A stretch of DNA of 64,000 nucleotides from Dipteris shenzhenensis (lineage: Eukaryota). The position numbers and the translations under genes were made by a program. Location of the stretch: the NCBI GenBank assembly GCA_047967505.1, contig CM106538.1, one strand, 5' to 3'. The notes beneath the pieces are model-generated. The model was not told where the DNA came from, did no database searches, and was given only the letters and a program-made list of their open reading frames with translations. Shown here one piece after another: positions 25,701 to 37,554 of this stretch (position 1 is its first letter; every line of letters begins with the position of its first letter).

Positions 25701-28243
25701 AGTACATCGACATCTTCTTATCTCCACATTTGAATCTTGTGGATCGAGTCTATATTGCGGGCAAAGTCTCTTTTTTCTTTCAAATTTGGAGGTCTTGGAT
25801 TTTTCATCATGCCAACTATACATTGAATAGAAACTTCATAACTAAGGAAGCTTTCTTAAATGTGCAACTCTCATGCGATTTTGTGGTCCTACTGTGATCA
25901 AGTACTTTAGAGAATTTTGTCTAGGCCTAAGGTGTCCTTTACATCTTACAGGTTTAGATGCAATTGAAATCTTCTACAGCAAGATTGGAAGCATGGTGGG
26001 ATAAGAACGCGGTTATGACTTGATGGATATGCTACATAGTGCAGGTAGTATGAATAGGCTTGCACACTTTGAATGAAAAGAGGATTGTCCTCTATTTACA
26101 AGGGCACATAAGAAGCAAGAACATGTTTGGAGAGAATTGAATCTCAAAGAGAACATGTGAGAAGCTAATCTAGGGGACTATGAGTGTGTGTCAACTGATG
26201 ATAAAATCATCGAAGCATTGAAGAAGGGACTAAAAAGTGCTCAAGAAAGGTGTGAAAGTTTGTGTAGGGTGAGAATATGAAGTGGTGGATGGAACCTTGG
26301 TCAAATGGATTTACAAATGCATATTCACAAGAATCTGATTCTGAAGAAGAAGACCAATGTCAAGCAAATCATGTGTCAGAAATAGATGATAATGACAACG
26401 ATGCCTCCATACGTGAAATCAGACATGTGGTGGATTCTCTCCTAGATGAACAAGAAGCAGTGAGCCCAGTTGTTACCATTGATGGTAAAACTCTCTTCAA
26501 GTCCACATTGGTAAGCCAACTTAATGGAAATCCCACACTCTCTAAAGATAGACTCACAAGGGTTCGCCAAGGAGTATACTACTCTAAGGAAGATATACCT
26601 CTTGCTACATCAAATGAGAACCTATTTGGAATAGGTTCCGATTGTGCCGCATTCTTTCACGAAGGACACAAAACAAGGAAAAGCAAAAGGAAATGCAATC
26701 CAAGATCTTTGCAAAAAAAGAAAACACAAGCTATATGGTACCTTGGACGAGTTCAAAAAATGAGGAAGGTTGGTGGGGGGTATGTAGAATATAAAAGAGG
26801 GTTCAACCTTTCAGATAGACCTTTTGGAGTAGAAGTCCAGCTTGGGTGGTATCAAACAGCAAACGGTTCAAGATGCTTCACATATGACCTTAGAGACCTT
26901 GACATGATAAATATTGAGAGCGTAATTGCATTGGCAAACCTCACCTATGAGTGTAATAGCAATAAGTATACTTTAGATGAGAATGATTGGAATGTATTCA
27001 ATGACTTTGTAAAGGGGCATTAAACACACTTGGTAGGGGCTTCTTTGTAATCTTTCTAATATGATAAAAGCTTTATTACAATTATTACTATGCGCTGAGT
27101 TTAGTTTGATTTGTCTTGATGGATTTTTTAAATTATTTTTTTGCAAGACCTTGAATCACAGAAGTGGATGATTTGCAACTGCCTAGGTACTTTTGTTTAT
27201 ATATATGCCATAAAGCAAGTTTGAAAATGCTATTTTAGCATCGGGTACAACAAGATGTTGTATGAATGTAGCCTCTATGGTTTTAATACCATGGTTTGAT
27301 ATGACTTAGTAAGGGTTTTCATGGAAGAAAAAAAGTGGAAAGGTCTTCTATAAATGTGACAAAGAAGAATGATATTTCCATCTTTTGCTTCTCTAATAAT
27401 CAAGACATGGAAAAAGTGGCAAGGCCAATCGTGAATGTGGCCGAAAGCATGGTGTTTTAGTTTTCTCTTCTCTACTCCTTCTCTAACAATAAAGACATGG
27501 AAGAAATTACTAAGTCTCAGATATACATTGTTTAAACAAGTTTCCAATCTTTCACATAAGAAAGCTCTAGACGTTTGTATTTGGCAAGAAATAAATATTA
27601 TATATCGTCATTGAATGCTTTGTAAAATTGGCTAATCTATCATCCCTTCTCCTAGCTGAAACACCCATACATATGGTTTTGTAAAAAATTGAAAGATATA
27701 AAGCATTTATAAAAGCTCCCAATATTTCATGTAGTATTTTTATAAAGGTTGTTTCTTGAGCTCTTTACGTGTTTCAAGTGACTTTTGCACAATTCTTTGC
27801 TTTTGGTGTATGGCACACATGATTTGTCTTGTTTGATATTTGTTCCTCTTAATTTTTGCACTATGTCTTTATTCTTTGTTTCTCTTGCCTTATGGCATCA
27901 TCAAGACACAAACCCATCTTAAACTTATGCATTGCCCATTATTACAGTCGGTACCTCAATTTTTTGTGTGTAGATTCAAATAATGCAGGTGATGTAGAGA
28001 TCTTGCATTCTAAATATCTCATCCTATCTAAAGGGACTCCAAAAGTAGTAGTGTATGACTCACATAAGGACTTTTAAAATTCCTCTAGGAAAATAAATAT
28101 ACTTACAAAAGGGGATTTATAAATTTTCCCAAAATTTACAGAGGGGATACTAGGAAATACTACAAATAGGTTACATAGGGATTTAGAAAAGAACCCTTGA
28201 ACACACGTGATATAGACATATTACACTAAGTGACCCCCCCAAG
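22771..28243 (+). mobile_element. P-like DNA transposon, 5'-truncated and internally deleted copy (inverted relative to 32637-44805)
   Basis: Highly similar to the reverse complement of ~32637-39840. About 2 kb is replaced by ~85 bp at ~23580-23663. The 3' TIR AAGTGACCCCCCCAAG ends at 28243; no left TIR was found. Confidence 0.92.
23664..27023 (+). pseudogene. P-element-like transposase pseudogene (copy 1)
   Basis: ORF pieces 23597-23881, 23924-24700, 24639-24830, a GT-AG intron at 24827-24930, then 24950-25615, 25619-25897 and 26277-27023. It has several stops and frameshifts, and the second Asp is mutated (HASNGD). Confidence 0.85.
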
Positions 28244-28344
28244 AATTTTGGTGTTTTATTTTTTGCCAAAATAGACAGTGTCTTCTCACTTCCTATTATG
28301 GGAAACCTTGCTTTAAGCTTGATGCAAGAAATTGGATAGAATTT

Positions 28345-28662
28345 CACAAAATTCATATTCTGATACCACAACTTTTTTAGATGGTGCAAAAAGGCATGAT
28401 ATCCATCTAAATCATGCCTTGTCATTTGATTTGATATGTAACATTATTTATATTTGACAATCAAAAGATTCAGGGATGTTAAAAACTCATCTTTTGGGCT
28501 AAAACAATCAAATGTTGACATCTTGCAAAAATACAAGGATGTGAAAATGTCTAAACAGGGTCATATTACATATCAAATCAAATGGCAAGGTGTGCTTTAG
28601 ATGATTATCATGTCTTTGTGCACCATCTAGTAAAGTTTAATGCACAAAAATATGAATTTGTG
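28345..28662. mobile_element. Fold-back/MITE-like inverted repeat (~95-bp arms, ~125-bp spacer)
   Basis: 28345-28441 (...TAGATGGTGCAAAAAGGCATGATA...TCATTTGATTTGATATGTAA) is the imperfect reverse complement of 28566-28662. Confidence 0.65.
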
Positions 28663-29156
28663 GTCACTTTTTTGCATTGGTAAGATTAGTGGGAGGTAAG
28701 AATAAATCATTAGGGAAGGATATTTTTGCAGTAACAAAGAAACATGGGCTTTGTTCCAAGAGTGAAAATAGTTAAAAAAGCTAAGCAATTACTTTGCATG
28801 GAATCTAGACTAATCCATGCAAGGAGTCCTTGGAAACACCCCACTTATGTGGAAGGTTGCATTGATGATCTCAATTACTCTAGTGGAAAGAGAGTACTTG
28901 ATTGCAGTAGGGTTTGTCTTTGATACAAACAATGACATGGAAATTAAACATACAAACTGGTTCATGGAAAATGTTAAATTAGTGTTAGTGGCTTTAAAGT
29001 TATATGCATATTTAACCTTCTAGCATTGAGGAAACATATAGACTTTTGAATAAGTTATTATTTTTTGCTACTAAAATGGGGGATTTATAAATCTTTTATT
29101 GTTTTAACCGCTCGCTTTTTTTGGCTTGCTTGCTTTTTGTCACTCGCTTTTTGGTA

Positions 29157-29290
29157 ATCCTCTCCTTGTGGATTTCCTCGATCCACATCCTCGCATCATG
29201 TAGTCCACATCCTAGGGTGGCTACTTTATTACATTCCTATACCATACTTTAGCATCTAATTATGTGCTCATGGCACCATATTCCTCAACA
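29157..29290 (-). mobile_element. Truncated 5' LTR of the same Copia family as 7661-7952
   Basis: The reverse complement starts TGTTGAGGAATATGGTGCCATGAGCACATAA, identical to the start at 7661. Confidence 0.85.
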
Positions 29291-32200
29291 ACTTGATCTA
29301 ATTAACACCCATGAAATTTTTCATAGCGATATTATACTTTCCATTCCACTCCCATTCCTTGATGGCCCACATATGCGATTTTCCTGCACCTACACATGGC
29401 ATGTGTGCATAAATGGAAGTTGCGCATGCCCACCCACCTAGACGTTTCCCAATCAACACCAAACTTTTAAAGGACGTAAAAATTACTCTAATTAACACTT
29501 TCACAAGGCTGCATGGCCATTTGACACTCGACCATTCCATGATGGCCCATAGATGTAAACTTCATACATTATGCACCATGCAAGTGCACAAAAGGGGAAT
29601 TTCTCATGTCCACCCACATAGATGTTCTCCAATCGATATGAAACTTTGTGAGGAAATGATACCTTTCATAATTACAACCCGTGAAAATTTTGATGGCCAT
29701 CTGACATTTGAACATTCCATGATGATCCACAAATGGGAATTTTATGCACCATGTATGTGCACAGATGGGGAATTTTCCATGCGCATCCACCCAAATGTTC
29801 CCCTATCGAGAGGAAAATTTTCAAGGACATGAAAATTACTCCAATTAACACCTATGAAAAGTTTCATGGCTATCTAAAACTTTGGACATTCCATGATGGT
29901 CCACAAATGTGATTTTCATGCACTTGCACACCACGCATGTGCACAAATGGGGAGCTTTGCATGCCCACCATTGAGCTAGATTTTCCTTGATTAATGCCAA
30001 AAGTTGTGTGAATTTGAAACATAATCTATTTAACATTTTTGCAAACTTGCATAGCCATTTGACACTTGTGACCATTCCATGATGGTGTACACATGTAAAT
30101 TTCATGTGCCTAAACACCATGCATGTGTACAAATGGGGAATTTTTCATGTTGACTTGCCCGCATGTTTTCCAACATTATGAAACTTTGCAAAGACATGAA
30201 ATATACTCTAGCTAGCACATGTGCAAAGTGGCATCGCCATCTGACACTTGAACATTCCATGATGATCCACACATATGAATTTCATGCACTTATGCACCAT
30301 GCTTGTACCCAAGTGGAGAATTTTGCATGCCCATTGACCCACATGTTTCCCGATTGACATGAAACTTTGTAATGACACAAAACCTATTCTAATTAACACC
30401 CATGCAAAGTTTCATGGCCATCTTTGACTTGACCATTTCATGATGGTCCACACATGCAAATTTCATGCACTTATGCATAATGCATGTGCAAAAATGGGGA
30501 ATTTTGCATGCCCACCCACCCAGGTGTTTTCCTGTTGATATGAAACTTTACAAGGACATGGAACCTACTCTAGTTAAACCTGTGAAAAGTTTCATGGTGG
30601 CCATATGACACTTGGACTATCCATGCTGGCCCACATATGAAAATTTCATGCACTTATGCACCATCATGTGCATAATTTATGAGGAGTTTTGTGTGCTCTT
30701 CGACCCAAATGTTTCCTAATCACACAAAACTTTGTTTGGCACTTGACCATTCCATGATGGTCCACAGGTGCAAATTCATGCACCTATGCACATGTCCACC
30801 CACCCAATTGTTTCACTATCAACACAAAACTTTGGAACAACATGAAAATTACTCTAATTAACACCCATGCAAATTTTCATGTCCATTTGACACTTGATAT
30901 TCCATGGTTATGTGATTTTCATGCACTTATGCACCACACATGTGCACAAATGGGAAATTGTGCATTCCACCCACCCATATGTTTCCCATTCAACATGAAA
31001 CTTTGTGAGAATATGAAACTTAATCTAGTTCACACTAGTGTAAGGTTGCATGGCCACCTAAAATTTGACCATTCCATGATGGTCCACATATGCAAATTTC
31101 ATGCACTATGCACCATGCATGTGCATGAAATGCCCACCCACCCAGATCTTCTCCCATTGATATGAAAATTTGTGAGGACATGAAACCTACTCTACTTATG
31201 ACTCATGTAAAGTCCGTGTCCATTGGACACTTGAGCATTCCATGATGGTTTTAGATGGGAATTTCATGCACCTATGCACCATGCATGTGCACAAATGGGG
31301 AATTTTGCATGCGCATCCATCCACGTATTCTGCTACTAACAAAGAACTTTGCAAGGACATGAAACTTACGTAATCAACACCAATACAAGTTTGAATGGCT
31401 ATGGAACACTTTGGACATTCTATGATGGTCCACAGATGCAATTTACATGCACCTATGCACCACGCATGTGCATAAATCGGGAGTTTTGCATGCCCATCAA
31501 CCAAGATGTTTTCCAATCCATATGAAAATTTGTACAAAACATGAAACTTTCTCTAATTAACACCCACAAAAAATTGCATGTCCATCTACCACTTGAAAAT
31601 TCCATGATGGTCCACCATGCATGTGCACAAATGGTAAATGTCACATGCCCACTCACCTAGATGTTTTTTAATTGATATTAAACTTTGTGAGGACATGAAA
31701 CCTACTCTACTTAACAAACGTGCAAATTTTTATGGCCATCGAATACTTGAGCATTCCATGATGGTCCAAATACTTGAATTTCATGCACTTATGCAGTGTG
31801 CACCATGCATGTGCATAAATATGGAGAATTTTGCATGCCCATCGACTCAGGTGTATCCCCATGGACATGAAATTTTGCATTTCCATATATTGCTTGGCCA
31901 TTCCATGATGGTCCACATGTGGGAATTTCATACACATATGCACCATGCATGTGCAAAAGGAACTTTTGCATTCCCACCCATCCAGATTTTTTTCGAGTGA
32001 TATGCAATGGTTTTGATGGTTCTTAAGCCTCACTGTAGAGGAAGGTCTACTAGTATCAATATTCTTTATGCTTTTTATGTAGAAGAGGACCTTGTAGAGA
32101 TAGTTTTAAAGATTTGGATTTCTCATATATAGGGTGGACTGTCATCTCCTTCACATGTGGCAATAGCCCTTTCTCATATTATTGATTTTTATCATTCGAT

Positions 32201-32636
32201 TGCTAGCAACATGGAACGAGAGATTATCAGATAGGATATTGATATTCGCTAGTAGTTGGCAGTCCTACAGAGAGGGAAGAGTTGATACAACATATAGATG
32301 CTTGGATACAGGATTGCCTTGTTGGAGCAAGGGCTCATCAATAGAGATATAAGTTTGCCAAAGAATCACCTATGCACCATGCATGTGCACAATGGGAAAA
32401 TTTGCATGCCCATTGACCCAGATGTTTCCCAATCAACAAAAAACTTTGCAAGGACATGAAAATTACTCTAATTAAAAGGGCCATCTGACACTTGAACATT
32501 CCATGATGGTCCACACATGCGAATTTCATGCACTATGCACCATGAATGTGCACGAATGGGGCTTGCCCATCCACCCAAATATTCCCCTATCAACACAAAA
32601 CTTTGTGAGGACATGTGACTTACTCTAACTTACACT
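29291..32636 (+). repeat. Diverged ~180-bp tandem satellite array (about 16-17 units), with an unrelated insert at ~32003-32368
   Basis: CATTCCATGATGGTCCAC-type motif recurs at ~29533, 29713, 29887, 30074, 30253, 30434 and 30618 onward. TGCACCATGCATGTGCAC also recurs in most units. Confidence 0.92.
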
Positions 32637-33598
32637 CTCGGGGGGGTCACTTAGTGTAATATGTCTATATCACGTGCATGCAAGGGTTCTTTTCTAAATC
32701 CCTATGTAACCTATTTGTAGTATTTCCTAGTATCCCCTCTGTAAATTTTGGGAAATTTTATAAATCCCCTTCTGTAAGTATATTTATTTTCCTAGAGGAA
32801 TTTTAAAAGTCCTTATGTGAGTCATACACTACTACTTTTGGAGTCCCTTTAGGTAGGATGAGATATTTAAACTGCAAGATCTCTACATCACCTGCATTAT
32901 TTGAATCTACACACAAAAAATTGAGGTACTGACTGCAATAATGGGCAATGCATAAGTTTAAGATGGGTTTGTGTCTTGATGATGCCATAAGGCAAGAGAA
33001 ACAAAGAATAAAGACATGTGTGCAAAAATTAAGAGGAACAAATATCAAACAAGACAAATCATGTGTGCCGTACACCAAGAGCAAAGAATTGTGCAAAGTC
33101 ACTTGAAACACGTAAAGAGCTCAAGAAACAACCTTTATAAAAATACTACATGAAAGATTGGGAGCTTTTATAAATGCTTTATATCTTTCAATTTTTTACA
33201 AAACCATATGTATGGGTGTTTTAGCTAGGAGAAGGGATGATAGATTAGCCAATTTTACAAAGCATTCAATGACGATATTTAATATTTATTTCTTGCCAAA
33301 TACAAACATCCACTAAGTCATATCAAACCATGGTATTAAAACCATAGAGGCTACATTCATACAACATCTTGTTGTACCCGATGCCAAAATAGCATTTTTA
33401 AACTTGCTTAATGGCATTCATATAAACAAAAGTACCCAGGCGGTTGCAAATCATCCACTTCTGTGATTCAAGGTCCTGCAAAAAAATAATTTAAAAAATC
33501 CATCAAGAGAAATCAAACTAAACTCTGTGCATAGTAATAATCGTAATAAAGCTTTTATCATATTAGAAAGATAACAAAGAAGCCCCTACCAAGTGCAT

Positions 33599-36500
33599 TT
33601 AATGCCCCTTTACAAAGTCATTGAATACATTCCAATCATTCTCATCTAAAGTATACTTATTGCTATTACACTCATAGGTGAGGTTTGCCAATGCAATTAC
33701 GCTCTCAATATTTATCATGTCAAGGTCTGTAAGGTCATATGTGAAGCATCTTGAACCTTTTGCCTTTTGATACCACCCAAGCTGGACTTCTACTCCAAAA
33801 GGTCTATCTGAAAGGTTGAACCCTCTTTTATATTCCACATACCCCCCACCAACCTTTCTCCTCATTTTTTGAACTCGTCCAAGGTACCATATAGCTTGTG
33901 TTTTCTTTTTTTGCAAAGATCTTGGATTGCATTTCCTTTTGCTTTTCCTTGTTTTGTGTTCTTCATGAAAGAATACGGCACAATCGGAACCTATTCCAAA
34001 TAGGTTCTCATTTGATGTAGCAAGAGGTATGGCGAACCCTTGTGAGTCTATCTTTAGAGAGTGTGGGATTTCCATTAAGTTGGCTTACCAATGTGGACTT
34101 GAAGAGAGTTTTACCATCAATGGTAACAACTGGGCTCACTGCTTCTTGTTCATCTAGGAGAGAATCCACCACATGTCTGATTTCACTTATGGAGGCATCG
34201 TTGTCATTATCATCTATATCTGACACATGATCTGCTTGACATTGGTCTTCTTCTTCAGAATCAGATTCTTGTGAATATGCATCTGTAAATCCATTTGACC
34301 AAGGTTCCATCCACCACTTCATATTCTCACCCTTTGGCTTCATATGCAAACTTTCACACCTTTCTTGAGCACTTTTTAGTCCCTTCTTCAATGCTTCGAT
34401 GATTTTATCATCAGTTGACACACACTCATAGTCCCCTAGATTAGCTTCTCGCATGTTCTCTTTGAGATTCAATTCTCTCCATACATGTTCTTGCTTCTTA
34501 TGTGCCCTTGTAAATAGAGGACTATCCTCTTTGCATTCAAAGTGTGCAAGCCTATTCATACTACCTGCACTATGTAGCATATCCATCAAGTCATAAGCGC
34601 GTTCTTGTCCCACCATGCTTCCAATCTTGCTGAAGAAGATTTCAACTGCATCTGAATCTGTAAGATGTAAAGGACACCTTAGGCCTGGACAAAATTCTCT
34701 AAAGTACTTGATCAGTAGGACCACAAAATGGCATGAGAGTTGCACATCTAAGAAAGCTTCCTTAGTTATGAAGTTTCTATTCAACGTATAGTTGGCATGA
34801 TGAACAATCCAAGACCTCCAAATTTGAAAGAAAAAAGAGACTTTGCCCGCAAGATAGACTCGATCCACAAGATTCAAATGTGGAGATAAGAAGATGTCAA
34901 TGTAATCCCCAGCAATTTCAAGATAAGCTTGTGTTCCTAGCATGCTCCTCTCTTTTCTATGAATTCCATTGTTTGCCAATTCTCCCAAGCACCATTGCAC
35001 TTGTTTACTGCATATTCTTTGAGCTGCAGCCCAATTTTGGCGATCATCTCGCCTAATGTCTCCCTCCCTTAGCATATGCTTGTCGATAGAAAAAGCATCA
35101 TACACAATAATGACATGATTTAAGGTGATCCAAACATTGCCAATAGCCAATTGACGCTTAGGCTTGTCAAGAACATTGACTAACTTTTTTCCATTATGTA
35201 CAAAATCTTGATCATGTAGCCCAAAAACTTGATTTTCCAAAACTTTTGCTGAGAGAGGCCATCCATCCCATTTTATCCCAAATCTACTACCTCTTTTATC
35301 TAGATAATCGGAGATCATCAATGTTCTTCGTCGACTATCACCATCAGATGCATGTCCAATAATTGGACCACAACCGTGGTCTTTAGCTTCTCAATCCATA
35401 AGTTTAAAATAGCATCCCATTGCTTGCGGACAAAACTTGCATCAAATCGGCCGCAAGTGCAATGAAGTGCAAGAACCAAGCGTGGGAGTGCATCATGCAA
35501 TGGATTGGCAAGAAAAACTCTTGCACGTCCACCAATGACACAATTTTGAAATGCATCAATAATCTGATCATATCCTTTTTGTCCTTCTCCCACTTTGATC
35601 ATGCATATGGTCATGCACTCATGATCATCTACTTTATATCCATCAAAACCCACAAGCATGTCATCCTTTGGATTCCACCTACAAGCAATAATAAGCACAA
35701 GTCTGTAAGATCATATGCAATCCTCTTGCATTCAAAAACAAGATTTAGATTATGAAAATAATTTAGAGAAAAAGGAGGTTACCTTATCTGCTTCTTTATT
35801 GCAGTTTCATCTTCCACTATGATGAAGGGAATCCTTGACATGATTCCATGCTTTTCTTTTTCTTTTTCATAAATTTCAGTGATTGCATCAAAAAGATATC
35901 CATGTATACCAGGTACAAACTGAGTAGCAAGTCTTTGCCCTCGCTTTGTCGTTGATAAAGAAGGTCCATTGAGGTTGGAACTCAAGAAGTCATGTAACCT
36001 TGGACCTCCCCACATCCTTGCAACCTCAAATATTGCCCTTGTGTTCTCACTATATCTTTGTCCAGCACTTGACTTGATTATGTTTGTGGCAACATCTTGT
36101 AGAAAGTCCCATAAGGCAACTTTACCACCAAACTTTTCCAATCTATGGGCTTCGATTATGTTGTTGCAAAATCGTTTTACATCCTTTCGATTGAGAGACT
36201 CTATGCTAGCTTCTCTTAAAGTACGGACTCTTACTGAAAGAATGGCAACCTGAGACTTTGTCCACCATAGTTGCTTAGAAAGGTCTCTTACTCGTCTTTT
36301 AGCAAAAAGAGTTGCATTTCTAAGCTCACTCTTTGTAAGATAATCTAGCCTTCTGCCACAACCAGTACCCCTATCTCCTCTCTTATTCTCAACCTTCTCT
36401 TCTCTATACAATCTCATTCTAAAGTGAGCAAGTTTAACTATCCCCTTGCAATGGTGGCATGTAAAGTCTTTAAATGGTTGCCCATCTTGTGAAATGCGTA

Positions 36501-37554
36501 TGCAACTTATGTGACGAAAGCATCCATCCACATGAATATCAGTACATCCATTATTTAATGTCACCTTAACATGACGCTCTATAAACCAATACTTCCCACC
36601 ACATTGATCATCTAAGAAAGGCTTTACCTTGACATACTTGTTACCTACTTTGACCTCATGGCTCCAAAGGCCCCAACATAGCAAGTCAAAATTTACAAAA
36701 GAAGATTCATTTTCTCTATTAAAACTTGAATCAACAGAGAAAGCACTCGTACTTGGGCTTCTAGTTTTTGTTGAAACCAAAAAGTTGCTAAGAGATCTTT
36801 GCTTTGGATCATGATCCTTATCCTTTCGAGGACGCCCTCGCAAGCCAGTGAGTGCTACCTTTGGATTTTCATCTTTTCTCATGAGCGACTTGATATGAGA
36901 GTTTGACTTTGTGTGTTCATTGAGAACTGTGTACAAATCTGATCTTGGAGGACATAAACGCAACCATGCATCATCATATTTGCATCGCACCTTCTATCAA
37001 TTGTATGCTGCATGCTTGCCTTCTATCAATCCTTTACCATAAAGTTCATTACACTCATGACACCAAATTCACACATGGGGCACCCCATTGAAGTCCTCAG
37101 AATGCAACTCAAACTTATCATCCCTTAACACTACCATTTCCTTTAGCTTTGATCTAACTCTATCAGATTCACGTTGCCAACATTCAAGAATAGTTGGGCT
37201 TAGTAATCTACTAGAAAGCTTTGAAGACATGTGCACTTGGGCATCAAGATTTATGTCATCAGCTAGTTGAGTGCAATGTCTTTTACATGGATAAGGAGTT
37301 TCCTCTATGCGGCATAGACTTCTCTTGATGTGCACTAAGAGTTGATCATTGATTGTCCATCGTTCCTCTTGCCGTTTGGTTATTATATATTCGTCCTCAA
37401 CAAACTCAAAGGGTTCCAATAGAAGCTCATCACCTTCAATTTGTTCACGAACATGAGAGAATGTGGGATGACTTGTGTCTCTTGTGACCCTAACAACACC
37501 TAATTCCTCCTTATTATCATAGTCAATCACTTGAATCGTGAAAAAAGATGCCAT
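33599..37554 (-). pseudogene. P-element-like DDE transposase (copy 2; near-complete, few lesions)
   Basis: ORFs 37069-37554 and 35779-36990 (same frame), GT-AG intron 35679-35782, then 35318-35698, 34008-35321 and 33599-34075. Motifs: GGPRLHDFL..GPSLSTTKR, IVEDET, HASDGD, QDFVHNGKK, DRQNWAAAQRICS, GTQAYL, SDAVEIFFS. Confidence 0.88.

Noticed and set aside
29298-32529. Many 60-140 aa His/Met/Cys-rich ORFs
   Set aside because: They are by-products of the CATG-rich satellite.
24382-36253. Antisense ORFs overlapping the transposase copies (e.g. 24382-24663, 24854-25189, 35420-35755, 35969-36253)
   Set aside because: They are shadow frames of the transposase, shared only because the copies are recent duplicates.
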